Origin: Pristiophorus japonicus
Taxonomy: Eukaryota
Direction of reading: 5' to 3'
NCBI RefSeq assembly: GCF_044704955.1
Contig: NW_027254409.1
Span: 372,001-436,000 of the forward strand
DNA: 64,000 nucleotides
In this document: positions 37,524-50,323 of the stretch, one piece after another
Numbering within the stretch: the first letter of the stretch is position 1
How the letters are laid out: the number at the start of each line of letters is the position of its first letter
The notes under the pieces: generated by a model
What the model was told of the DNA's origin: nothing
Databases searched by the model: none
What the model saw: only the letters and a program-made list of their open reading frames with translations
Translations under genes and position numbers: made by a program

Positions 37524-38629
37524 GAATGGGTGGCGCCAGTGCAGTAATCAAGCTGTGAATAGAAGTCGACAGACACATTGATCGACAGGCACAAACCGAC
37601 AAACAGGGATAGACAGACAGCGAGAGAGAGACAACGAGAGACAGAAAGGGTGAGACTGAAAAGTCAGTCAGAGACAGCGAGAAAAAGACTCAAACACCTA
37701 CATATACAGAGATGTGTAAGTGTGATCTATTAAAAGAGAGGGAAAGAGTGAGAGAAAGACAGTGATAAAGACAGTGACAAGGGGAGAGACAGATAGAGAG
37801 AGAGCGACAGATAGAGAAAGAGGCAAAGATATAAACAGAAAATGATGGAAATACTCAGCAGATTAGAGACAGGAACTACCAGCGACAGGCAAAGAGAGAC
37901 AGACAGGCAGAAACATAGAGAGACAGAGATGATGGGAAAGAGTGAGACAGTCAGACAGAGAGACTGAGAGAATCCCATTCGAACAGAACTGGACACGGTG
38001 AGAAAGAGACAGACACATTGAGAACCAAAGACAAACAGGGAAACAGGGAGAGACAGACAGTGAGATAGAGACAAAGAGAGACATAAAGTTTGAGTCTGAA
38101 AGAGAGGATCAGACTGAATGTGAAAAAGACTCAAACACATACATACACAGAGATGTATTTGCGTGCTCCATAAAGAGAGGGAGGCAATTAGCGATGCAGT
38201 GACAGAGAAAAGGACAGGGACAAAGAGAGAGACAAAGAGGGAGACAGATAGAGAGAAAGACAGATAGAGAGAGAGAGACATAGAGACAAAAACAGAAAAT
38301 AATGGAAATACTTATCAGGTTAGAGTCAGGGACTAACAGAGACAGGCAAAGACATGGACAGACAGAGATAATGGGACAGAGAGAGAAAGTCAGAAAGAGA
38401 GTGTCAGAGAGAGGCAGACTGAGAGAGACAAAGAATCAAACACACAGACACAAACACAGCTCTCGAAAGAGAGAGAGAGCGGCAGAGACCGAGCGACACA
38501 GATATATTTCACAATTTCATTTCATTATCGGCTCAGAGTGTCATATCGTTACAGAAAATTGCAGATTCAGCAGATGAGAATCGTGTATCACTGAGCAGGA
38601 TGGGAAAAATCTACGTTTAATTAAGGAAT

Positions 38630-38712
38630 TACCAGGACTGTGGTTCAAACACACGCGGGTATAAACCCATTACATCATAAATCCAACGCCTTTACCGCTC
38701 GGCCTTCCTGAT
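38630..38712 (-). tRNA. tRNA-Leu(TAA) pseudogene
   Basis: Decayed match, same unit position. Confidence 0.7.
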
Positions 38713-39245
38713 GCTGATCCTGTCAGAGGTTGGAATCTGCCTGTGAGAATCTGGGCTTCAGCTCCACACCCACAGCGACACACAGACACATCGGATTTCA
38801 GGGAGCATTTACGAACATATTTCTTAATATTGACACGGGCGTAACTCTCCTATTCTTTTTAGACTAAGGCTCTGGGAACTTTCACATCCACCCGAGTGTG
38901 CAAATGGAGCTTCAATGTAAAATTTCAGCCGATGGTCAAAAGCGTCAACAATGCAACATTCCCCAAGTACTGCATTTGAGTGTCAGGCAAGATGATGTGT
39001 TCTAGTCTCAGGAGTGGGACTTACACACACAACCTCCTGATTCAGTCGAGAAAGGAGCCACTGAACCAAAACCGATATCAAAGGTCACAACCGTATTATT
39101 TTCCCCAAGTTTGTTAAAAAGTTCCAGGACGTTTCAAACTCATGGTGATGATTTCCATAGAGAGTTGCACATACACAGAAATATACATACATGTCGACAA
39201 CACAGACACACGCACATACAATAACCAAAGATATACACGCATCAA

Positions 39246-39959
39246 CATAGAAACATAGAAACATAGACATTTTGTGCAGGAATATGCCATTCGGTCCTTC
39301 GAGCCTGCACCACCATTCAATAAGATCATGGCTCATCATTCAATCTCAGTACCCCTTTCCTGCTTTCTCTCCATATCCCTTGATCCCTTTAGCCGTAAGT
39401 GCCCCTTTGAATATATCTAACGAACTGGCCTCAACGACGTTCTGCGGTAGAAAATTTCACAGGTTAACCACTCTCTGAGTGAAGAAGTTTCTCCTCATCT
39501 CGGTCCTAAATGGCTTACACCTTATTCTTAGACTATGATCCTTGGTCTCGAACACCAGAGCAACGGGAACATTCTTCCAGCCTCGAAGCTGTCCAATCTC
39601 GTCAGAATTTTATATGTTTCTATGAGATCCCCTCTCATTCTTCTAAACTCCAGTGGATACCAGCCCAGTTGATCCAGTCTCTCCTCGTATGTCAGTCCTG
39701 CCATTCCGGGAATCATGCTGGTGAACCTTCGCTGTGTTCCCTCAATAGCAAGGACGTCTTTCCTCAGATTTGGAGACCAAACCTGAACACAATATTTAAG
39801 ATGTGGCCTCACCAAGGCCCTGTACAATTGCAGTAAGACCTCCCTGCTCCTATACTCAAATCCCCTCGCTATGAAGGCGAACATGCCATTTGCCTTCTTT
39901 ACCGCCTTCTGCACCTGCATACCAACAATCAATGACTGATGTACCATGACACCCAGATC
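39246..39959 (-). mobile_element. CR1 3' stub inside array unit
   Basis: Same tail and truncation point. Confidence 0.9.
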
Positions 39960-40493
39960 AAGATATACATAGGTTGCCTTAGACAAATAGATGGATAGAC
40001 AGGCAGGGTCACTGTCGCTACTTTGGCTGGCTTTTGCGTTTTTCAGTCAAGGATGCTGTCACTGAACCAAAGCCGATACCAAAGTTCACAACCGTATTAT
40101 TTTCCCCAAGTCTTTTTTAAAAGTTCCAGAACATACCAAATTCATGGTGATGATTTCCACAGACAGTTGCACATACACAGAGACATAGATACAGATAGAC
40201 AGACACAGAGACACAGACACACACATAACCAAAAATATACATGCACCAACGGATTTGCACAGATGCCTTATACATATAGAGGGATAGACAGGCTGAATCA
40301 CTGTCGCTACTTTGGCTGATTATTGCGTTTTTCTATCCGTATGTATCTTGAATATTGCAGATATTGAGATATTGCATAACAATGAGAAATAGATGTCAGT
40401 GTTGAAAGGGGTGGAACGTTCTTCTGCATTTCTCAGGATCCGTTTTGCAAAAACCTGGTTAAATTGTAAAATGGAATGAAAAATGCTGAGAAT

Positions 40494-40575
40494 CGTAGCC
40501 GGCAGGATTCGTTCCAGCGCGGGGAATACCCAAAGGATTTCTCAACCATCGCGTTAACCACTCGGCCACAACTAC
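40494..40575 (-). tRNA. tRNA-Ser pseudogene
   Basis: CGTAGCCGGCAGGATTCG..TTAACCACTCGGCCACAACTAC. Confidence 0.78.
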
Positions 40576-40794
40576 TGCGTCTCTGGCACTTTAAATATTA
40601 CTCAGAAAAAACTCAGTCATCCATCTCTGTGCAGCAGACGGCCACAGAATCCTGAAAAAGTCTCCGTTTGCAAAAAACCTGGTAGAGGCAATCTCCTCTT
40701 GCTGTATCTTTACTGTTCTATATTGCTCTGAAACTTTTTAACATGAATCTATACCAAGAAACAGGAGTAAAATTCGACATTTTGAAAAAGCTGC

Positions 40795-40866
40795 TTTTCT
40801 GTTGGGGAATTAAATCCAGTTCTCCCACGTAACAGACGGGGATACTCACCACTATACGGACGAGGA
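40795..40866 (-). tRNA. tRNA-Asp pseudogene
   Basis: ..GGGGATACTCACCACTATAC..CGAGGA. Confidence 0.72.
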
Positions 40867-41872
40867 TACAGGTTGTGTCAGAGCAGTTATCGAGCTGTGA
40901 ACAGAAGTCTGCAGACACATTGAGAGACAGAGACAAACAGGGAGAGACAGATAGCGAGAGAGAGAGACAACGAGAGACAGAAAGGGTGAGACTGAAAAGT
41001 CAGGCAGACTCTGAGAAAAAGACTCAAACACCTACATATACAGAGATGTGTGTGTGTGATCAATAAAGAGAGAGAGGGAAAGAGTGAAAGAAAGACAGTG
41101 ATAAAGACAGTGACAAGGAGAGAGACAGATAGAGAGAGAGCGACAGATCGAGACTGAGGCAAATATATAAACAGAAAATGATGGAAATTCTCAGCAGGTT
41201 AGAGACAGGAATTACCAGCGACAGGCAAAGAGAGACAGATAGGCAGAAACATAGACAGACAGAGATGATGGGAAAGAGTGAGACAGTCAGACAGAGAGAC
41301 TGAGACAATCCTATTCGAACAGAACTGGACACCGTGAGAAAGTGACAGACACATTGAGAAACAGAGAAAAGGACAGGGACAAAGAGAAAGACAAAGAGGG
41401 CGACAGATAGAGAGAAAGACAGATAGATAGAGAGAGACATAGAGACAAAAACAGAAAATAATGGAAATACTTATCAGGTTAGAGACAGGGACTAACAGAG
41501 ACAGGCAAAGACATGGACAGACAGAGATAATGGGACAGAGAGAGACAGTCAGACAGAGAGTCTGAGAGAATCCCACTGCAACAGAACGAGACACCGTGAG
41601 AAAGAGACAGATTGAGAGACAGAGACAAACAGAGAAACAGGGACAGACAGAGTGGGTCAGAGAGGTAGACTGAGAGAGACAAAGACTCAAATACACAAAC
41701 ATAAACACAGCTCTCTAAAGAGAGAGAGCGACACAGATACATTTCACAATTTCATTTCATTATCGGCTCAGAGTGTCACAGAGTTGCAGAGTTACAGAAA
41801 ATTGGAGATTCAGCAGATGAAAATCGGGTATCACTGAGCCGTATGGGAAAAAACTCTGTTTAATTAAGGAAT

Positions 41873-41955
41873 TACCAGGAGTGGGGTTTGAACCCACGGG
41901 GCAATAAACCCATCACATCTTAAGTCCAACGCCTTTACCACTCGGTCATCCTGGT
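41873..41955 (-). tRNA. tRNA-Leu(TAA) pseudogene
   Basis: TACCAGGAGTGGGGTTTGAACCCAC..TCTTAAGTCCAACGCC..CATCCTGGT. Confidence 0.82.
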
Positions 41956-42491
41956 CCTGATCCGGTCAGTGGTTGGACACTGCTTCTGTGAGAATCTGGG
42001 CTTCAGCTCCACCCCCACAGCGACACACAGAGACATTGGATTTCAGGGAGCATTTACGAACATTTTTCGTAATATTGACACGAGCCCAGCTCTCCGATTC
42101 TTTTTCGACTAAGGCTCTGGGAATTTTCACATCCACACGAGGGTGCAGATGGAGCTTCAATTTAAAATTTCAGCCGATGGTCAACAGCTTCAACAATGCA
42201 ACATTCCCCAAATACTGCATTTGAGTGTCATCCAAGATGATGTGTTCAAGTCTCAGGAGTGGGACTTACACACACAACCTCCTGATGCAGTCGAGAAGGG
42301 AGCCACTGTACCAAAACCGATACCAAAGTTTACAACCATATTATTTTCCCCAAGTTTTTTTAAAAGTTCCAGGACATACCAAATTCATGGTGATGATTTC
42401 CACAGACAGTTGCACATACACAGAGACATATATACAGATAGACATACACAGACACACGCACACACAATAACCAAAACTTTACACGCATCAA

Positions 42492-43193
42492 CATAGAAAG
42501 AAAGTGACAGAGAAATTAAGTGCAGGAATATGCCATTCGGCCCTTCGATCATGGCTCATCATTCAACGTCAGTACACCTTTCCTGCTTTCTTTCCAGACC
42601 CCTTGATCGCTTTAGCCGTAAGGGCCATATCTAACTGCCTTTTGAATTTTTCCAACGAACTGGCCTCAACGACTTTCTGCGGTAGAAAATTTCACAGGTT
42701 AACCACTCTCTGAGTGAAGAAGTTTCACCTTATCTAGGTCCTAGATGGCTTACCCCTTACTCTTAGACTGTAATCCTTGTTCTCATCCTCCCTAGCAACG
42801 AGAACATTCTTTCACCCTCTAAGCTGTCCAATCTCGTCAGAATTTTATATGTTTCTGTGAGTTCACCTCTCATTCTTCTAAACTCCAGTGGATACCAGCC
42901 CAGTTGATCTAGTCTCTTCTCATATGTCAATCCTGCCATCCCGGGAATCATGCTGGTGAACCTTCGCTGTACTCCCTCAATAGCAAGGATGTCCTTCCTC
43001 AGATTCGCGGAACAAAACTGAACACAATATTCCAGGTGTGGCCTCAACAAGGCCCTGTACAACTGCAGTAAGACCTCCCTGCTCCTATACTCAAATCCCC
43101 TAGCCATTAAGGCAAACATGCCATTTGCCTTCTTCACCGCCTGCTGCACCTGCATGCAACTTTCAATGACTGATGTGCAATGACACCCAGATC
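42492..43193 (-). mobile_element. CR1 3' stub inside array unit
   Basis: Same tail and truncation point. Confidence 0.9.
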
Positions 43194-43420
43194 AAGATAT
43201 ACACAGGTTGCCTTTGACAAATAGATGGATAGACAGGCAGTGTGACTGTCGCTTCTGTGGCTGGTGTTTGCGTGTTTCAATCCGTATGTATCGTGAATAC
43301 TGCAGATTAATGAAAGAAAGAAAACAGCGGCTGCGTCGAAAGATGTTGCTTCATCTATCTCAGAATCAGTTTTGCAGTAACGTGGTTAAATTGTGAAACA
43401 GAATGAAATATGCTGAGAAA

Positions 43421-43502
43421 CATAGTCGGCAGAGTTCAAACCTGCGCAGAGAACCCCTGATGGATTTTTTGTCTATTGTCTTACCCACTCGGCCACGACT
43501 AC
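43421..43502 (-). tRNA. tRNA-Ser pseudogene
   Basis: TAGTCGGCAG..CCTGCGC..CCACTCGGCCACGACTAC. Confidence 0.72.
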
Positions 43503-43722
43503 TGGCTCGCTGCATCATTAAATGTTACTCAGATAAAACTCAGTCATCCATCTCTGTCCAGCAGACGGCCGCAGAATCCGGAAAAAGTCTCCGTTTGCTA
43601 AATATCTGGAAGAGGCAATCTTCTCTTCCTGTATTTGTACTGGGTCTGTATCACTCTGGAACTTTTTAATATGAATCAACACCAAGAAACAGAAGTACAA
43701 TTCTACATTTTGTAAAAGCTGC

Positions 43723-43794
43723 CACCGCGTAGGGAAGTAGAACCACGGTCTCCGGCAGAACAGGCGGGGATACTTACCACGATACTAACGAGCA
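43723..43794 (-). tRNA. tRNA-Asp pseudogene
   Basis: ..CAGGCGGGGATACTTACCACGATACTAACGAG. Confidence 0.72.
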
Positions 43795-44526
43795 TGAGTT
43801 CTATCAGAGCAGGAATCGAGCTGTGAACAGAGCTGGACACCATGAGAAGTCGACAGACACATTGAGAGACAGAGACAAACCGACAACCAGGGAGAGACAG
43901 ACAGCGAGATAGAGACAATGAGAAACAGAAAGTGTGAGACTGAGAAGGAGAGGCAGACTGAGTGAGCAAAAGAATCAAACACATACATATATCGAGATGA
44001 ATGTGTGTGATCTATTAAGAGAGAGAGGGAAAGAGTGAGATAAAGACAATGATAAAGACAGTGACAAGGTGAGAGACAGATAGAGATATAGAGATAGAGA
44101 CTAAAACAGAAAATGATGGAAATACTTCTCAGGTTAGAGGCACGGACTAACAGAGACAGGCAAAGACATGGACAGACCGAAATGATGGGAAAGAGAGAGA
44201 CAGTCAGACAAAGAGTCTGAGAGAATCCCATTGGAACAGACGTGGGCACCGTGAGAAAGAGACAGATTGAGAGACAGAGACAAACGGAGAAACAGGGACA
44301 GACAGAGTGAGTCAGACTGAGAGAGACAAAGACTCAAATATAAAAACACAGATACAGCTCTCTGAAGATAGAGAGAGGCAGAGACCGAGCGAGACAGATA
44401 CATTTCACAATTTCATTTCTTTATCGGTTCAGAGTCTCACACAGTTGCAGAAAATTGTTGATTCAACCGATGAAAATCGGGCACTACTGATCAGAATGGG
44501 AGGAAATACATGTTAAAGTAACGAGA

Positions 44527-44608
44527 TACCAGGAGTGGGGTACAAACCCACGCCGGAAAAACATATTGAATTTTACGGCCAACGCCTTAACCACTCGGCT
44601 ATCCTGGT
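44527..44608 (-). tRNA. tRNA-Leu(TAA) pseudogene
   Basis: TACCAGGAGTGGGG..CCAACGCCTTAACCACTCGGCTATCCTGGT. Confidence 0.78.
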
Positions 44609-45372
44609 CCTGTGAGAGCTTGGATTGTGTCTCTGTGACAAACTGGGCTTCAACCCCAATCCCACATACAAACGCATGCACATCGGCTTTTGGTGAGCAT
44701 TTACGAACATTTTTAGTAATGTTGACACGGGGGCAATTCTCCTATTCTGTTTCGAGTAATGCTCTGGGACCTTTCATATCCACCCGAGGGTACAGACGGA
44801 GCTTCAATTTAACATTTCATCCGAAAGTCAACAGCTTTAACATTGCAAAATTCCTGAAGTGCTGCACTTGAGTGTTAGCCAAGATGATATGCTCAAGTCT
44901 CAGGAGTGCGACTTGAACACACACACACCTGATTCAGTTGAGGATACTGCCACTGAACCAAAGCCGATACAAAAGTTCACAACCGTATTATTTTCCCCAA
45001 GTCTTTTTTATAAGATCCAGGATATACCAAATTCATGGTTATGATTTCCACAGACAGTTGCACATACACAGAGATATATATAGAGATAGACTGACACAGA
45101 GACACACACACACATAACCAAAAAATTACACGCACCAACGGGCATGCACAGATGCCTTCGACATCTCGAGGGATAGACAGGCTGAATCTCTGTAGCAAAT
45201 TTGACTGATTTTTGCGATTTCTTTAAACGGATGTATCATGAATATTGCAGATTAATAAAAACGAGAAAAAAATTTCAGTGTTGAAAGGTGTGGGACGTTA
45301 TTCCATCAATCTCAGGATCAGTTTGGCAGAGAACTGGTTAAATTGTGAAATGGAATGAAAAATGCTGAGAAT

Positions 45373-45453
45373 CGGAGTCGGCAGGATTCGAACCTGCGCG
45401 GTATAACACAACGTATTTCTAGTCCATCGCCTTAACCACTCGGCCACTACCAC
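45373..45453 (-). tRNA. tRNA-Ser(AGA) pseudogene
   Basis: AGTCGGCAGGATTCGAACCTGCGCG..TTTCTAGTCCATCGCCTTAACCACTCGGCCAC. Confidence 0.85.
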
Positions 45454-45671
45454 TGTGTCGCTGCTTTGTTAAACGTTACTAAGAAAAAACTCAGTCATCC
45501 ATCTCGGTGCAGCAGACGGCCAACGAATCCTGAAAAAGACTCCGTTTGCTAAAGATCTGGAACAGGCAATCTCTTCCACCTGTATTTTTACAGTTCTATA
45601 TTGCTCTGGAATTTTTAATATGAATCTCTACCAAGAAACAGAAGTAAAATTCAACATTTTGAAACAACTGC

Positions 45672-45743
45672 CTCCCCGTCGGGCAATTGGACCCCGGTCT
45701 CCCACGTACCAGGCGGAGATACTCACCACTGTACTAACGAGGA
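45672..45743 (-). tRNA. tRNA-Asp-derived pseudogene (anticodon mutated to GGT, B box broken)
   Basis: CTCCCCGTCGGG..ACCCCGGTCTCCC..ATACTCACCACTGTACTAACGAGGA. Confidence 0.82.
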
Positions 45744-46360
45744 ACTGACCGGTACCTTCACTGTCAGAGCAGGAATCGAGCTGTGAACAGAACTGGATAA
45801 CATGAGAAGTCGACAGACACATTTAGAGACAGAGACAAACCGACAAACAGGGAGAGGCAGACAGCGAGATAGAGACAACGAGAGACAGATAGTGTGAGAC
45901 TGAGAAGGAGAGGCAGACTAAGTGAGAAAAAGACTCAAATACATACATATACAGAGATGTGTGTGTGTGATCTATTAAGAGAGAGGGGGAAAGAGTGAGA
46001 GAAAGACAATGATAAAGATAGTGACAAGGAGAGGGACTTATCGAGAATGAGAGATAGAGACTAAAAGAGAAAATGATGGAAATACTCAGCAGGTTAGAGA
46101 CAGGGACTAACAGAGTCAGGCAAAGACATGGACAGACCGGAATGATGGCAAAGAGAGAGCCAGTCAGACAAAGAGTCTGAGAGAATCGCATTGGAACAGA
46201 CGTGGGCACCGTGAGAAAGAGACAGATTGAGAGACAGAGACAAACAGAGAAACAGGGACAGACAGAGTGAGTCAGACTGAGAGAGACAAAGCATCAAACA
46301 TTCAAACACAGATACAGCTCTCTGAAGAGAGAGAGATGCAGAGACCGAGCGACACGCAGC

Positions 46361-48955
46361 TCCCATTGCACCTCCCCTTTTCCTAATCTGCCGCCATACA
46401 GATAATATTCTGCCTTCCTGTTTTTGCCACCAAAGTGGATAACCTCACATTTATCCACATTAATCTGCATCTGCCATGAATTTGCCCACTCACCTAACCT
46501 CTCCAAGCCACCCTGCAGCCTCTTAGCATCCTCCTCACAGCTCACGCCGCCACCCGGTTTGTATTATCTGCAAACTTGAAGATATTACACTCAATTCCTT
46601 CTTCTAAATCATTAATGTATATTGTAAATAGCTGGGGTCCCAGCACTGAGCCCTGTGGCACCCCACTAGTCACTGCCTGCTTTTCTGAAAAGGACCCGTT
46701 TATCCCGACTCTCTGCTTCCTGACTGCCAAACAGTTATCTATCCATGTCAGTACATTACCCCCAATACCATGTGCTTTAGCTTTGCACACCAATACGTGT
46801 GTGGGACCTTGTTGAAAGCCTTTTGAAAGGCCAAATACACCACATCCACTGGTTCCCCTTGTCCACTATACTAGTTACTTCCTCAGTAAATTCCAGAAGA
46901 TTTGTCAAGCTTGATTTCCCTTTCAGAAGTTCATGCAGCTTGGACCGATCCTGTCACTGCTTTCCAAATGCACTGCTATTTCATCTTTAATAATTGATTC
47001 CTACATTTTCCCCACTACTGATATCAAGCTAACCGGTCTATAATTATCCATTTTATATCTCCCTCCTTTTTTAAAATGTGGTGTTACATTAACTAATCTC
47101 CAGTCCATACGAACTGATCTAGAGTCCATGGACTGTTGGAAAATGATCACCAATGAATCCGCTATTTCTAGGGACACTTCCTTAAGTACTTTCCAATGAA
47201 GACGATCAGGCCCCGGGGATTTAGCGGTCTTCAATCCCATCAATTTCACTAACACAATTACCTGACTGATAAGGATTTCCTTCAGTTCCTCCTTCTCGCT
47301 AGGTCCTCGGTACCCTCGTATTTCTGGAAGGTTATACGTGTCTTCCTTCGTGAAGACAGAACCAAGGTAATTGTTCAACTGGTCTACCATTTCTTTGTTC
47401 CCCATTATAAATTCACCTGAATCTGACTGCAAGGGACCGACGTTTGCCTTCTCTAATCTTTTTGTCTTCACATATCTATAGAACTTTATTATGTTTCCAA
47501 CAAACTTCCTCTCATTATCTATTTTCCCCCTCCTAATTAAACCCTTTGTCCTCCTCTGCTGAATTCTAAATGTCTCCCAGTCCTCAGGTTGCAGCTTTTT
47601 CTTGCCAACTGATATGCCTCTTCCTTGCATTTAACACTATCCTTAATTTCCCTTGTTAGCTCCGGTTGAGCGAACTTCCCCGTTTTATTTTTACTCCAGA
47701 CAGGGAAATACAATTGTTGCAGTTCGTCTACGTGATATTTAAATGTTTGCCATGGCCTATCCACCGTCAACCCTTTAAGTATCATTCGCCAGTCTATTCT
47801 AGCCAATTCACGTCTCATACCATCGAAGTTACTTTTCCTTAAGTTCAGGACCCAAGTCTTTGAATTAACTGTGTCACTTGCCACCTTAATAAAGAATTCT
47901 ACCTTATTATGGTCACTCTTCCCAAGGGGCCTCGCACAACAAGATTGCTAATTTGTCCTTTCTCATTACACACCACCCAGTCGAGGATGGCCAGCCCTCT
48001 CGATGGTCCCTCGACATCTTGGTCGAGAAAACCATCCCTAATACGCTCGAGGAAATCCTCCTCCACCGTATTGCTTCCTGTTTGGTTAGCCCAATCTACA
48101 TGTAGAGCAAGGTCGCCCTTGATAACTGCTGTATCTTTATGGCACGCATCCCTTATTTCTTGTTTGATGCTGTACCCAACCTCACTACTACTGTTTGCTG
48201 ATCTGTACACAACTCCTCGAGCGTTTTCTTCCCTTTGGTATTCCGCAGCACCACCCACACATGTTCCACATCATCCAAGCTAATGTCGTTCCTTACTATT
48301 GCCTTAATTTCCGCTTTAACCAGCAACACTTCGCCAACACCTTTCCATTTCTGTCTATGCTTCCTGAATGTTGAATTCCCAGCCTTGGTCACCCTGGAGC
48401 TATGTCTCCGTCATGCCAATTTTATCATATTCAGTAATTGCTGCTTGTGCAGTTAATTCATCCGCCTTATTACGAATACTTCTCGCAATGAGGCACAGAG
48501 CCTTCAGGCTTGTTATTTTAATACATTTTGACCCTTTAGAATTTTGCTGTAAAGTGGCCCTATTTGATTTTTGCCGTGGGTTTCTCTGCCCTCCACCTTT
48601 ACTTTTAATCTTTCGTTCTGCGCCCATTCTACTTCCCTGTCTCCTGTCGCCCTGCTTTAAACACTCCCCAACAACGCTATCAAACACTCCCCCTTGGACA
48701 TTGTTTCTGGTCCTGCCCAGGTGCAGACCTTCCGGTTTAGATCTGGTCCCACCTCCCCCAGAACCGGTTCCAAAGTCCCAGGAATTGAATCCCTCCCATC
48801 TGCACCACATTTCAAGCCACGTATTCACTTGAGCTATCCTGCGATTCCTGCTCGCACTAGCAGGTGGCACTGGTTGCAATCCTGAGTTTGCAACCTTTGA
48901 GGTCCTACTTTTTAATTTAAATCCGAGCTCCCTGAATTCAGCTCGTAGGTCCTCA
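46361..48955 (-). mobile_element. CR1 LINE lacking its 3' end (ORF1 C-terminus, EN, RT)
   Basis: GLHL (ORF1 esterase end), LCLIARSIRNK, KSPGPDRLH, SGVPQGSVLGP, KFADNT. Confidence 0.93.
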
Positions 48956-49157
48956 GACAGAGTGAGTCAGAGAGTGACAGAGACTCAAACACATAAAGAT
49001 ATACAGGCCTCTCTAAAGACAGAGAGTGAGAGGCACAGATACATTCCACAATCCCATTTCTTTGTCAGTTGAGAGTGTGACAGTGTTACTGATTCAACAG
49101 AAGGCATTCGGGTAACACTGAGCAGAATGGGAGAAAATCGGTGCAAAATTCAAGAGT

Positions 49158-49240
49158 TACCAGGAGTGGGGTTCGAAACCACGCGGAAATAAACCCATTA
49201 GATCCTAAATGCAACGACTTACACATTCGGCCATTCTGGA
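49158..49240 (-). tRNA. tRNA-Leu pseudogene
   Basis: TACCAGGAGTGGGGTTCGAAACCACGCGG..TCGGCCATTCTGG. Confidence 0.75.
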
Positions 49241-49979
49241 CTTGTGAACCTTCACATTCTGTCTCTGTGAGAATCTGGGCTTGAGCGCCACCCTCACAGA
49301 CACACGCATACACTCAGGTTTTCAGTGAGCATTTCAGAATATTTATATAAAAATGACACCGGGCAACTCACTACTCTTTTTCGAATAATGCTGTGGGAAC
49401 TTTCACATTCACCGGAGAGAGCAGACGGAGCTTCATTTTAAACTTTCATCCCAAAGTCAACAGCTTCAACAATGTAAAATTCTGCAAGGACTGCACTTGA
49501 GTGTCAGCCAAGATTATATGCTCAAGTCTCAGGAGTGGGACTTGAAGTCGAAAATACTGCCGCTGAACCAAAGCCGATATCAAATGTCACAACTGTATTA
49601 TTTTCCCCAAGTCTTTTTAAAAAGTTCCAGTTCATACCAAATTCATGGTGATGATATCCACAGACAGTTGCACATACACAGTGACATACATACAGATAGA
49701 CAGACACAGAGACACACACACACACACATAACCAAAAATATACACGCACCAATGGACATACACAGAGTGCCTTAGACATAAAGAAGGATCGACAGGCTGA
49801 ATCACTGTCGCGAATTTGGCTGATTTTTCCGTTTTTCTATCCGTATGTATCGTGAATATTGCAAATTAATGAACATGAGAAAAAAATGTCAGTGTTGAAG
49901 GACGTTATTCCACCGAACTCAGGATCCGTTTTGCAGGGATCTGGTTAAATTGTGAAATGGAATGAAAAATGCTGGAATC

Positions 49980-50061
49980 AGTAGTCAGCAGGATCGAACC
50001 TGCGCGGTGAAACCCCAATGGGTTTCTTGCTCCATCGCCTTAATCACCCAGGCACGACTAG
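49980..50061 (-). tRNA. tRNA-Ser pseudogene
   Basis: GTAGTCAGCAGGATCGAACCTGCGCGG..CCCCAATGG..CCATCGCCTTAA..CACGACTA. Confidence 0.75.
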
Positions 50062-50278
50062 TGGATTGCTGCCTCTTTAAATGTTACTCAGACAAAACTC
50101 AATCAATCATCTCTCTGCAACAGAACGCCGCAGAGTCCTGAAAAAGTCTCCGTTTCCTAAAAATCTGGAAGTGCCAATCTCCTCTTGCTGTATTTTTACT
50201 CTTCTATGTAGCTCTGGAACTTTTAATATGAATCTATACCGACTAACAGAAGTACAATTCTACATTTCGAAAATGCTT

Positions 50279-50323
50279 CCTCCCGCATGACAGGTGGGGA
50301 TACTCACGACTATACTAACGAGG
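50279..50323 (-). tRNA. tRNA-Asp(GTC) 5' fragment
   Basis: TCCCGCATGACAGGTGGGGATACTCACGACTATACTAACGAGG; T-arm deleted. Confidence 0.7.

Noticed and set aside
45672-45743. Asp-body tRNA with GGT anticodon as a possible recoding tRNA
   Set aside because: T-loop/B box is destroyed (GTCCAATTG) and stems are mismatched; ordinary decay
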